From NCBI RefSeq assembly GCF_938045625.1, contig NZ_CALIAV010000055.1, positions 628 to 64,627 of the forward strand: DNA of 64,000 nucleotides, read 5' to 3'. This document shows, one piece after another, positions 8,162 to 16,743 of this stretch. Position 1 is the stretch's first letter. Each line of letters opens with the position of its first letter. A program made the position numbers and the translations under genes. Origin of the DNA: an uncultured Campylobacter sp. (GTDB lineage: Bacteria; Campylobacterota; Campylobacteria; Campylobacterales; Campylobacteraceae). The notes beneath the pieces were generated by a model. That model saw only the letters and a program-made list of their open reading frames with translations. It searched no databases and was not told the DNA's origin.

Positions 8162-9037
8162 ATGAAAACCAAAAACGGTTTAAAACTGCTCGGCGGCCGC
8201 GCGGGTTCGCTTGAGTGCGTCTATAAAGACAAAAGCGGATTTGATTATAGCTTTAGCTTGGATGGGCAAATTTTAAACGTTCGCTCGCTGCAAAGTCCGC
8301 TCTTGCCGTTAAATGACGGCGACGAGATGCTGGCGGTTTGCGATAAAAAGGGGCGGGTTTTGGGGCTAAAAAATCGCTCTTTAAACTCCGCGGCCTGGTA
8401 CGCCTATGAGCCTAGCCTCCTTTTTGCGGCTCTGTTTTTCGCGCTATTTTTGTTGTTCGCCGCGGCCGGCGTTTGGGGGATTTTTTCTGGTTTTGACGGA
8501 CGGTGGCCGCTTTTTAGCACTTTGTTACTTGTTTTTGGTTTCGGCTCTCTTGCTTTTGCTTGGTTTAAGTATCACCGCGAGGCGTCTTTGGGCTTGCGCG
8601 TTAGATCGATGCTGGGCGCCACAAAAGAGCCCAAGTCTAGCGGCGAGGCTAACGGCAGGGTGCGCGACAAAAGGATTTTTGAGACGAAAGAGAAGAGCTA
8701 TTTTAGAGTCACGGTCGGCGATACGTTTTTATGGGGTAGCAGCCATAAAAAGCGCGCCCTGGAGCTAGCAAACGGCGACGAAGCGAGCGTAAAATACGAA
8801 AATTTCAGGGTCATAAAGATACGAAATCTCAGCAAAAACCTGACGGCGAAAAAATCTCAAGGCTTTTTTGAGAGGGCGCTTTGGTTTAGCGCAGATATCG
8901 CGATTAGCCTTTGCATGGGGCTTGCTTTGCTCTATGCGGGGACGATGGATTTTTGGTTTTCGCCTTTTGCGGGGATTGCCGGCATCGTAATCTTGCTCGG
9001 CGGAGCCAGCTTTAACGTGTTTTATAAAAAGGATTAG
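8162..9037 (+). CDS. Hypothetical membrane protein containing two copies of the same (soluble domain + TM hairpin) module
   Basis: The ATG at 8162 is preceded by AGGGGA. The N-terminal module aligns with the 7633 protein (NV[KR].L, L.P, LA[IV].[YC]D, KN[LR][TS], W). A second weaker copy lies at about aa 185-290. Confidence 0.6.
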   Translation: MKTKNGLKLLGGRAGSLECVYKDKSGFDYSFSLDGQILNVRSLQSPLLPLNDGDEMLAVCDKKGRVLGLKNRSLNSAAWYAYEPSLLFAALFFALFLLFAAAGVWGIFSGFDGRWPLFSTLLLVFGFGSLAFAWFKYHREASLGLRVRSMLGATKEPKSSGEANGRVRDKRIFETKEKSYFRVTVGDTFLWGSSHKKRALELANGDEASVKYENFRVIKIRNLSKNLTAKKSQGFFERALWFSADIAISLCMGLALLYAGTMDFWFSPFAGIAGIVILLGGASFNVFYKKD

Positions 9038-9113
9038 CCCTTGGCGCGGAGATTTTAAATTTGAGCCCGCCACCGTAAATTTGACGCTAAAATTCGGCGT
9101 ACAATTTGAGTAA

Positions 9114-9151
9114 CGCGGGCAAGTCCGTCAAATTTAAGCCGCTCGCCCGCG
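9114..9151 (+). terminator. Possible hairpin terminator downstream of the 8162..9037 gene
   Basis: cgcgggc (9114-9120) pairs with gcccgcg (9145-9151), followed by TTTAAATTT. The loop is long (24 nt), so support is weak. Confidence 0.3.
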
Positions 9152-9157
9152 TTTAAA

Positions 9158-9180
9158 TTTACAAAAACGCTTGCAAATTT
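9158..9180. repeat. Orphan copy of the last 23 nt of thiE (left copy of a direct repeat)
   Basis: tttacaaaaacgcttgcaaattt is identical at 9158-9180 and 9937-9959. The second copy holds the thiE stop codon and its last codons. Confidence 0.9.
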
Positions 9181-9293
9181 TGCCGGGCGGTAAATGGCAG
9201 AAATAGCGGCGATAAAGCTTAAATTTAGCGCGATCTCCGTGGTTTATATTGAGGCAAATTTATGCGTAGCAAGACTAACTGCGACCGTCAAAT

Positions 9294-9845
9294 TTAGCCT
9301 AAATTTTGTAAAAACTCCGCGTATTCTCTAGCTCCGCGCTCTAAATCGTCCTGGCTTGATACGTAGTCCACGCCCGGAGTCTCCTCGGCGCCGTAAAATG
9401 CGAAAAAGCCGCGGTAGTCGGCGTGAAAATAGTATTTAAACGCAAGCTCAAACGGCGTAAGAACCTCGCGCAAGCTAAAATGATAGCGTCCTTGCGGGCA
9501 GTAATCGCTCTTTTTGATGCCCGCAGTCACGGCTAGCGCGACCTTGCGGCCCGCAATACCGTCCGAGCCGCGCCCATAGGCAAAACCGTGCGTCATCACC
9601 GCGTCGATCCATGATTTTAAAATCGGAGGGCAGGAGAAGTTATGAAGTGGAAACTGCAAAACGAGGGCGTCGTGGGCTCTGATGAGCTCTTGCTCGCGCG
9701 CGACGTCGATATCGCCTCTCCCGTAAACCTGCGTCAAATCATGAACGCTAAAGTGCTGCGGCTCTTTGAGGACCTCTTGTAGCAGGCGTTTGTTTATGGC
9801 TGAGTTTTTGATATCGGGGTGGGCTAAGATGATTAGGGTTTTCAT
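9294..9845 (-). CDS. Flavodoxin-like-fold NAD(P)H dehydrogenase (quinone), KefG/MdaB-like
   Basis: 183 aa. MKTLIILAHPDIKNS start and an overall Flavodoxin_2-like pattern. Confidence 0.75.
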   Translation of the reverse strand: MKTLIILAHPDIKNSAINKRLLQEVLKEPQHFSVHDLTQVYGRGDIDVAREQELIRAHDALVLQFPLHNFSCPPILKSWIDAVMTHGFAYGRGSDGIAGRKVALAVTAGIKKSDYCPQGRYHFSLREVLTPFELAFKYYFHADYRGFFAFYGAEETPGVDYVSSQDDLERGAREYAEFLQNLG

Positions 9846-9936
9846 TTTTCTCCTTTTTAATCGAGCAAATTTTAGCGAACCTGGCTTAAATTTAGGCGGA
9901 GCATTGCGCGGTTTAGCGAGGCAAATTTAGCGCATT

Positions 9937-9959
9937 TTTACAAAAACGCTTGCAAATTT
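9937..9959. repeat. Right copy of the 23-nt direct repeat (the authentic 3' end of thiE)
   Basis: See 9158-9180. Confidence 0.9.
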
Positions 9960-10540
9960 CGCAGATTTTCTTTTATGGATGCGGGGCGGTAGAGTGCCGA
10001 GATAACGGCGATGTAGTCGGGATTTAGCGCGGCGATTTGCGCGATATTTGCTGCGTTTATGCCGCCGATCACGCAAATCGGGATACGTAAAATTTCCTTT
10101 GCGCGCCTGATCGTTTCAAATTTACAAAGCGGGGCGTGCGGTTTGGTCGGGCTTGCAAACAGGGCGCCAAATGCCGCGTAAGAAGCGCCCTCGTCCTGCG
10201 CCCTTAGCGCTAAATTTAGATCGTCGTAGCAGCTAACGCCGATGAAAGCGTCCTCGCCTAAGATCTTTCTAGCGGCCTTTACTCCGCCGTCATCTTTGCC
10301 GATGTGCACGGCGTTAGCGCCTATTTTGGCTGCAAATTTTACGTCGTCGTTTACGATAAATCTTGCGCCGTAACGCTCACAAAGCTCTTTTAGCGCAAGA
10401 GCTACGCGCTCGTTTTTTGGCTCAAGCTTAGTGCGGTACTGCAAAAGCTTCACTCCGCACTCTAGCAGCTCGCGAGTTTGCTCTAGCACGCTGTTTTCTG
10501 GCGTTAGGATATCATCCGTGATAGCGTAAATTTCAGACAT
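9938..10540 (-). CDS. thiE: Thiamine-phosphate synthase
   Basis: 200 aa. IVNDD, GVHIGKDD-like and VIGGI motifs. 8-nt overlap with thiD. Confidence 0.85.
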   Translation of the reverse strand: MSEIYAITDDILTPENSVLEQTRELLECGVKLLQYRTKLEPKNERVALALKELCERYGARFIVNDDVKFAAKIGANAVHIGKDDGGVKAARKILGEDAFIGVSCYDDLNLALRAQDEGASYAAFGALFASPTKPHAPLCKFETIRRAKEILRIPICVIGGINAANIAQIAALNPDYIAVISALYRPASIKENLRNLQAFL

Positions 10541-11291
10541 TTTCGCCCGCTGCTTTGTGATCTAGTAGCCGCACGCCGAAATTTGAGCCGTGGGCGTTTT
10601 TAATCGCGTTTGCGACGAAGGCTTTGGCGCTCTTGATTGCCGTTACCTCGTCTGCCCCGCAAGCTAGGGCGCATGCGATAGCCGTGGCAAAGCTACATCC
10701 CGCGCCGTGCATGATTGTGGGACGCTCTAGCGGCTCGCCAAATTTAACAATTTCGCCGCTTTTTTTATAAAGCGTATCCTCGCAAATCTCGCTCGCTCGC
10801 GTGCGTTTTAGCACGACGTCGCAGGGCAGATCGGTGCTCAAATTTAACCCCAAAATGCGCGCTTCGTCTAAATTTGGTGTCGCGATGCGGGCGAGGCTTA
10901 AAAGCTCCTTTAACGCGTTTATGGCGCCATCTTGTAGGAGCTTCGCGCCTGATTTTGCCACGCAGACAGGGTCTATCACGGCTGGTATGCCGCTGTTTTG
11001 CTCTAGCCAGGCTTTGACGCAGGCTATGAGCTGTTTGTTAAAGAGCATGCCGATCTTTACGGCGTCAAATTTTAGCTCGGCGCAGGCTGCTTCTAGCTGC
11101 GCGTTTAAAAACTCGGGCGTTACGGGCATTACCGCGCTCACGCCGCTCGTGTTTTGCGCGGTTAGAGCCGTGATAGCGGTCGCGCTGTAGCTGCCGTAGG
11201 CCTCGCAGGTTTTTATATCGGCTTGCACGCCGGCACCCCCGACGCTGTCGCTGCCTGCGATGATTAGGATATTTTTTTTAGGATTTTTCAT
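10533..11291 (-). CDS. thiD: Hydroxymethylpyrimidine / phosphomethylpyrimidine kinase
   Basis: 252 aa. IAGSDSVGGAGVQADIKT and GAGCSFATAIA motifs. Confidence 0.85.
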   Translation of the reverse strand: MKNPKKNILIIAGSDSVGGAGVQADIKTCEAYGSYSATAITALTAQNTSGVSAVMPVTPEFLNAQLEAACAELKFDAVKIGMLFNKQLIACVKAWLEQNSGIPAVIDPVCVAKSGAKLLQDGAINALKELLSLARIATPNLDEARILGLNLSTDLPCDVVLKRTRASEICEDTLYKKSGEIVKFGEPLERPTIMHGAGCSFATAIACALACGADEVTAIKSAKAFVANAIKNAHGSNFGVRLLDHKAAGENV

Positions 11292-11335
11292 TGTTTTGCC
11301 TTGAGCGGTTTTGTTAAATTTGTCTTTGGTCGAAT

Positions 11336-12070
11336 TTATTTGTCACCGAAATCCTTGCCAAACTCGACGCCTAGCTCCTTTAAATTTACGGGGCCGTTTC
11401 CTTGCGACTCCATCGGTATCGGCGGAGTTTGCGACTGCGTTTGCGTAGGCTGCTCGCTCGCAGGATTTTGCTCGGTTTGAACGTTTTTGGTGGCATTATT
11501 TTCGGCTTTCTTCGGCTTTTTCTTTGCTTTTTCGTCTTCTAGCTTTTTGCCGGTTAGGCACTCGTAAATTTCCGCGTGATTTTTCTTTGCCCAGTCCTCT
11601 TTGACCTCGATTTTTTGATACTCTTTGCTAGTAGGCAGGGCGAGGCCGTTTTTAACTAGGGTTTTGTTTAGGATTCTGCTTTCGTCGCTTACTTCGCATA
11701 GCCATCTATCGCCTAGATTTTTTAGCGTGAGCACGTAGTAGTTGCGACCCGGACGAAATATCTTATTGATCTCTTTGTCGTAGGATTTGGTGAAATTTTC
11801 CAGCTCTTTTTTTTCTTTTATGCATTTTGCGCCGTTATAAAATTTGACGTTTGCAAGCTTACAAGGGGCGATCACGGCGGCGTTTAGCCTAAAGATAAAT
11901 GTATCGTAGTCTAAAATTTTTTCTAAAAAAAGGACTTCTTTTGTGACTTTTTCGCGTTTGGATTTGGTCGTTTGGGTTATTTGCATGTCGGTAAACTCGG
12001 CAGCCGAATTTACCGACAGCAAGGCTAAAGCGCAAAATTTAATCAGAGTAAAAAATGCGCTTTTTTTCAT
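11336..12070 (-). CDS. Hypothetical exported protein with a low-complexity K/Q/T/P-rich tail, weakly SNase/OB-like
   Basis: Signal-like N-terminus. TLVKNGLALP resembles the thermonuclease LV.GLA segment, but I cannot confirm catalytic residues. Confidence 0.45.
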   Translation of the reverse strand: MKKSAFFTLIKFCALALLSVNSAAEFTDMQITQTTKSKREKVTKEVLFLEKILDYDTFIFRLNAAVIAPCKLANVKFYNGAKCIKEKKELENFTKSYDKEINKIFRPGRNYYVLTLKNLGDRWLCEVSDESRILNKTLVKNGLALPTSKEYQKIEVKEDWAKKNHAEIYECLTGKKLEDEKAKKKPKKAENNATKNVQTEQNPASEQPTQTQSQTPPIPMESQGNGPVNLKELGVEFGKDFGDK

Positions 12071-12786
12071 TATTTCAGATCGTATTTTTCTAGCAGTTTG
12101 TCGTAGCTGCCGTCTTTTTTCATCTCGTCAAGCGCGGTGTTTATCTTAGTGACTAGATCGGCTTGTTTGCCTTTGTCAAATGCTATAGAAAAGCCTTCGC
12201 TACCGTCGGTTTCTTTATAAAACTCCTCAAGTTCCGGATTTTTCTTTAAAAAGCCGTAGCCGATCGAGCTATCAAGTACGACCGCGTCTATCTTGCCTTT
12301 TTTTAGCCCCATGATTAGCGGAACCGGATCCTCGGCAGGCACGACTTTAGCGCCTGCGATAGCGTTAGCGGCGATCTCTTGGACGGTGCCTTGTTGTACG
12401 CCCACTCTTTTACCGTTTAGGGCGTCTTTGCTCGCGATGGCGTCGTTGCCTTTAGCGCGCAAGTAGATGTTTTCCGTAGCGTAGTAAGCCTGCGTGAAAT
12501 CAATCGACTTTCGTCTATCGTCAGTCGCGCTCATCGCGCTTGCTACGGCGTCGATCTTGCCCGTTTTTAGAGCGGGGATGAGGCCGTCAAAGCTCATATT
12601 TACGATCTTGTACTCAAAACCCGCGCGTTTAGCGAGCTCGGCTACTAGGTCCATGTCAAAGCCGGTGATCTTGTTTTGCTCGTCCACGTACTCAAACGGC
12701 GGATAGTTAGCGGCTGTACCGATCTTTAGCTCGGCAGCGCCAAGTGTAGCTAGAGCCGCTAAAAGCAGCGCAAAAATCTTTTTCAT
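12070..12786 (-). CDS. Amino-acid ABC transporter substrate-binding protein (family 3), Sec-type signal
   Basis: 238 aa. YPPFEY and MSFDGLIPALKTGKIDA motifs. Cleavable signal LATLGAA. Confidence 0.85.
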   Translation of the reverse strand: MKKIFALLLAALATLGAAELKIGTAANYPPFEYVDEQNKITGFDMDLVAELAKRAGFEYKIVNMSFDGLIPALKTGKIDAVASAMSATDDRRKSIDFTQAYYATENIYLRAKGNDAIASKDALNGKRVGVQQGTVQEIAANAIAGAKVVPAEDPVPLIMGLKKGKIDAVVLDSSIGYGFLKKNPELEEFYKETDGSEGFSIAFDKGKQADLVTKINTALDEMKKDGSYDKLLEKYDLK

Positions 12787-12817
12787 TTTCTCTCCTTTAA
12801 ATTTGGTTTCAAATTTA

Positions 12818-12839
12818 AGCCCGCAACGCGGTGCGGGCT
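12818..12839 (-). terminator. Hairpin between the two binding-protein genes
   Basis: agcccgca / tgcgggct form an 8-bp stem with a 6-nt loop, followed on the minus strand by UUAAAUUUG. Confidence 0.4.
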
Positions 12840-12846
12840 CGTAAAT

Positions 12847-13668
12847 TTACTTCAGGCCGTATTTTTCCATCATCTTGTCAAATTCGCCGCTCTTTTTGAG
12901 CTCCTCTATCGCGGCGTCTATTTTGCCGATTAGCTCTAGGTGCTTGCCTTTATTAAACGCTACGGCAAAGCCTTCGGTGCCGTCGGGAAGCTTTAAAAAC
13001 TCCTCCAGATCCGAGTTTTGCTTTAGATACTCGTAGCCGATCGGGCTATCTGTTAGCACGACGTCGATTTTGCCTGCTTTTAGCGATAAAATCGCAGCCG
13101 CTACGGTCTCTGCAGGTACGGCTAAGTCGCCGCAGATGGATTTAGCTGCGGCCTCTTGCAAGGTGCCTATTTGCGCGCTTATTTTTTTGAGGTGCATATT
13201 GGTCGCATTTACGTCGGTACCTTTTTTGCGGATGAAAAGATTATCCGAAAAATAATAAGGCTTCGTAAAATCGACCGATTTTCTTCTCTCCTCGGTCGCG
13301 CTCATACCGCTTAGCGCGGCGTCTATCTTGCCTGTTTTTAGAGCGGGGATTAGCCCGTCAAAGCTCATATTTTGCACGTCAAATTTGACGCCGATTTTCT
13401 TGCCGACGGCCTCTATCATATCGATTTCAAAGCCTACGATTTTGTTGTGCTCGTCGATATACTCAAACGGCGGATAGTCCGCGCTCGAGCCTACTTTTAT
13501 CGTTTGTTGTACCGCTACGGGGGTTGCCTCGTTTTTTACTGCAGCGTCTTTGCTCGCGTTTTCATTCGAGCTTTGACCGCAGCCTGAAATCATCAAAGCG
13601 GCGGCTACGAAAACGAAAAGTTTTTTAAATTTGCCGGCGGACAAAGCCGCAACGATGTTTTGTGACAT
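12847..13668 (-). CDS. Amino-acid ABC transporter substrate-binding lipoprotein (tandem paralog)
   Basis: 273 aa. Lipobox LMISGC. Same YPPFEY and MSFDGLIPALKTGKIDA core as the neighbouring gene. Confidence 0.85.
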   Translation of the reverse strand: MSQNIVAALSAGKFKKLFVFVAAALMISGCGQSSNENASKDAAVKNEATPVAVQQTIKVGSSADYPPFEYIDEHNKIVGFEIDMIEAVGKKIGVKFDVQNMSFDGLIPALKTGKIDAALSGMSATEERRKSVDFTKPYYFSDNLFIRKKGTDVNATNMHLKKISAQIGTLQEAAAKSICGDLAVPAETVAAAILSLKAGKIDVVLTDSPIGYEYLKQNSDLEEFLKLPDGTEGFAVAFNKGKHLELIGKIDAAIEELKKSGEFDKMMEKYGLK

Positions 13669-13680
13669 TTTGACCTCCTT

Positions 13681-14409
13681 TTAGTGGTTTAAAATTTTAC
13701 CTAGAAAATCCTGCAAACGCTGATTGCTAGGGTTTTCGAAAACATTTTTAGGCGTGTCGTCCACGGCTATTTTACCGCCGTGCATGAAAAATATCCTATT
13801 GGCCACGTTTTTAGCAAAGCCCATCTCGTGGGTGACTACTAGCATCGTGATGCCCTTTGCTGCGACGTCCTTCATGATGTCTAGCACCTCACCGATCATC
13901 TCTGGATCTAGCGCACTCGTTGGCTCGTCAAAGAGTATGACCTCGGGATTCATAGCAAGGCTTCTAGCGATTGCTATACGCTGTTTTTGACCGCCCGAGA
14001 GCTTGTGCGGGAATGCATACTTTTTATCGCTTAGGCCCACGCTTTTTAGTAGCTCGTCGGCTCTTTTTTCCGCGCTTTCTTTATCTAAAATTCCCGCTTT
14101 TATCGGAGCTAGGGTTAAATTTTGCAAGACGTTTTTATTTGCAAAAAGGTTAAAGTGCTGAAAAACCATGCTCACTTTTTGACGGATTTTGTTTATATCA
14201 GTTTTTTTGTCCGTTATATCCTCGCCGTTTATCTTTATGTGCCCGCCGCTTGGCTCTTCTAGGCGGTTTATGCAGCGCAAAAACGTGCTCTTGCCGCCGC
14301 CGCTAGGACCTATGATGGCGATGATTTCGCCTTGTTTGATATCTACGCTGATATCGTCTAGGACGCGTAAATCGCCGTAATTTTTACTCAAATTTCTAAT
14401 CTCAATCAT
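13681..14409 (-). CDS. Amino-acid ABC transporter ATP-binding protein
   Basis: Walker A GPSGGGKST, signature LSGGQKQR, Walker B ILFDEPTSALD. Confidence 0.9.
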   Translation of the reverse strand: MIEIRNLSKNYGDLRVLDDISVDIKQGEIIAIIGPSGGGKSTFLRCINRLEEPSGGHIKINGEDITDKKTDINKIRQKVSMVFQHFNLFANKNVLQNLTLAPIKAGILDKESAEKRADELLKSVGLSDKKYAFPHKLSGGQKQRIAIARSLAMNPEVILFDEPTSALDPEMIGEVLDIMKDVAAKGITMLVVTHEMGFAKNVANRIFFMHGGKIAVDDTPKNVFENPSNQRLQDFLGKILNH

Positions 14410-15112
14410 GGCGATTTAGTCTCCTCTCTAAAATTTTAACCAAAAACGTAAAGAACTTCACACTGACATAGTAAACTATACCCGTGAAAATGACGGGCTC
14501 TGGGCTATAAAATACCGCTTGTAGGCTCTTACTTTGCATTGTGATGTCGATGACGCTAATGTAGCCTACGACCGAAGTTTCTTTAAACAGCGAGATAAAT
14601 TCGTTCGCAAGCGCAGGCAATATGTTTTTAGTCGCCTGCGGGAACACCACTTCGCGCATCGAGACGTAGTAGTTTAGGCCCATCGCCCTTGCGGCTTCCA
14701 TTTGCCCTTTATCGACGCTATTTATGCCGCTACGCACGATTTCTGCGACGTAGGCGGAGCTGTTTAGCCCAAGCGCGATTAAAGCGACGTAAAAGTTATC
14801 GCTCCAGGTTGCGAAAATCACGACCGAAAATATAAGAAGCTGCAAAATAATCGGCGTTCCGCGCAGGATATCTACGTATTCGTCAATGAGAAAGCTTAAA
14901 ATTTTGATATTTAAAAACTTTAAAAACGCCAAAATAAAGCCCAAAGTCACGCCGATAGCCGTGCCGCCTATGGTGAGTCCCAGCGTCACGCCATAGCTTT
15001 TAAGGTAAGCTAGACGTTGCGCCTCGTTTAGCTCCGTCGGATAAAAATAGTAAACGCCCGCGGAGACGATGACGACGAAAAACAGCGCCCTGAAAAATTT
15101 TTCGTTTAGCAT
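14402..15112 (-). CDS. Amino-acid ABC transporter permease (His/Glu/Gln/Arg/opine family)
   Basis: 236 aa, multi-TM, EAARAMGL permease motif. 8-nt overlap with the ATPase gene. Confidence 0.85.
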   Translation of the reverse strand: MLNEKFFRALFFVVIVSAGVYYFYPTELNEAQRLAYLKSYGVTLGLTIGGTAIGVTLGFILAFLKFLNIKILSFLIDEYVDILRGTPIILQLLIFSVVIFATWSDNFYVALIALGLNSSAYVAEIVRSGINSVDKGQMEAARAMGLNYYVSMREVVFPQATKNILPALANEFISLFKETSVVGYISVIDITMQSKSLQAVFYSPEPVIFTGIVYYVSVKFFTFLVKILERRLNRHD

Positions 15113-15252
15113 TTCTTAAACCTTAAAAGTGTAATGAGGGTTAATAATACGGAAAAAAATATAAATTTAACCTTTTTTACGCGAAAAAATTATCTTTTAA
15201 ACAAATTTATCATATTATCGTAACTCAAATTTAAAAAACCGAGGGAAATTTA

Positions 15253-16743
15253 ATGGACTATGCACGCTATATCGCCATCGCGCTGTATTTTGGATTTTTG
15301 CTTTTCGTAGGGCGATACTCTTATAACAAAAACGCCAATATGGGCGAATATCTGCTCGACAACCGCCGCCTAGGGCCGGTTGTAACCGCGCTAAGCGCCG
15401 GAGCTAGCGATATGAGCGGTTGGATGCTGCTAGGCGTGCCGGGCGCGCTATATGCCACGGGGCTGGCTACGATTTGGATGGTTTTGGGGCTTGTTATAGG
15501 AGCGTATTGTAATTACCTATTTTTAGCAAAGCGTCTGCGCGTCTATACCGAGGTTGCGAGCGACAGCATCACGATTCCCGATTTCTTACAAAACCGCTTC
15601 AAAGACGAGACTAAAATTTTACGCATAGTCTCGGGCCTTTTGATCTTGATATTTTTCACGCTTTACGTTAGTAGCGGCATAATAGCGGGTGGCAAGAGTT
15701 TTGAGAGCTTTTTTGGATTAGATTTTAAATTTGGTGCGATTTTTACGCTGGCTATCGTCGTTTTTTACACGTTTTTCGGCGGTTTTCGCGCGGTTTGTAT
15801 CACGGACGCGTTTCAGGGCATGCTGATGTTTTTGGTACTTGTCGCCGTACCCGTAGTCGCGTTTTGTAATCTAAATTTGCCAGACGGTGCTACCTTTTGG
15901 AACGAGGTGTCAAAATACGGCAAAAACCACCTAAACGTCTTTTACGATCAGACTTTTTTAAGCATCTTGGGACTCATGGCGTGGGGGCTTGGGTACTTCG
16001 GACAGCCGCACATCATCGTTAGGTTTATGGCGATACGAAGCTCAAAAGAGCTAGCCCAAGCGCGCCGCATCGGTATCGGCTGGATGACGATAGGGCTTGC
16101 TGGAGCGATGATGAGCGGACTGATCGGCTTTGTGTATTACAGCGAGTTAAATTTGCCTCTGGCTGACCCCGAAAAGGTCTTTTTGCAGCTTGGCGAAACG
16201 CTGTTTCATCCGTTTTTCGTGGGTATTATTATCTCGGCCGTGCTTTCAGCTATCATGAGTACGATTTCTAGTCAGCTTTTGGTTAGCGCAAGCTCGGTGA
16301 CGCAGGACTTTGTGTTTGCCTTTTACAAAAAAGAAATTTCGCAAAAAGCCCAGGTCGCAGCCGGCAGATACGCCGTCGTGGCCGTCGCGCTCGTGGCTAC
16401 CGCGCTTGCTTTTAGCTTTAACGAAAGCGTGCTAAACGTCGTGGGCTATGCGTGGGCGGGCTTTGGCGCGAGCTTTGGGCCGGTGCTGCTTTTTAGCCTT
16501 TATTGGCGCAGGATGAGCGCGCTGGCGGCGCTTCTAGGCATGATAACGGGCGGAGCGACGGTGATCGCGTGGATAGCGCTTGGGCTAAATTCTTACGTTT
16601 ACGAGATACTGCCTGGCTTTGCGGTCTCTTGCATCGTGATTTATCTAACCAGCCTCTACGGTGACGCGATAGATAAGATGAGCAACGAGCCAAACTCGGC
16701 CACTGTGCAGGACGAATTTGAAAAAATGAAAACGAGGCTGTAA
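15253..16743 (+). CDS. putP: Sodium/proline symporter
   Basis: 496 aa, SSS family. SAGASDMSGWMLLGVPG and GYFGQPHIIVRFMA segments. Confidence 0.85.
   Translation: MDYARYIAIALYFGFLLFVGRYSYNKNANMGEYLLDNRRLGPVVTALSAGASDMSGWMLLGVPGALYATGLATIWMVLGLVIGAYCNYLFLAKRLRVYTEVASDSITIPDFLQNRFKDETKILRIVSGLLILIFFTLYVSSGIIAGGKSFESFFGLDFKFGAIFTLAIVVFYTFFGGFRAVCITDAFQGMLMFLVLVAVPVVAFCNLNLPDGATFWNEVSKYGKNHLNVFYDQTFLSILGLMAWGLGYFGQPHIIVRFMAIRSSKELAQARRIGIGWMTIGLAGAMMSGLIGFVYYSELNLPLADPEKVFLQLGETLFHPFFVGIIISAVLSAIMSTISSQLLVSASSVTQDFVFAFYKKEISQKAQVAAGRYAVVAVALVATALAFSFNESVLNVVGYAWAGFGASFGPVLLFSLYWRRMSALAALLGMITGGATVIAWIALGLNSYVYEILPGFAVSCIVIYLTSLYGDAIDKMSNEPNSATVQDEFEKMKTRL

Noticed and set aside
8406-8768. 120-aa alternative-frame ORF inside the 8162..9037 gene.
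   Set aside because: It is fully embedded in a better-supported gene, and it is arginine/cysteine-rich with no start signal.
7134-9306. The AAATTT-rich tracts as a CRISPR array or a classical tandem repeat.
   Set aside because: There is no constant repeat length or period, and the repeated unit is only a hexamer with loose flanks. There are no cas genes.
11292-11335. A TPP riboswitch upstream of thiD-thiE.
   Set aside because: Only 44 nt separate thiD from the upstream gene's stop codon. That is too short for a THI-box aptamer, and I saw no CUGAGA/ACCUGA-type elements.
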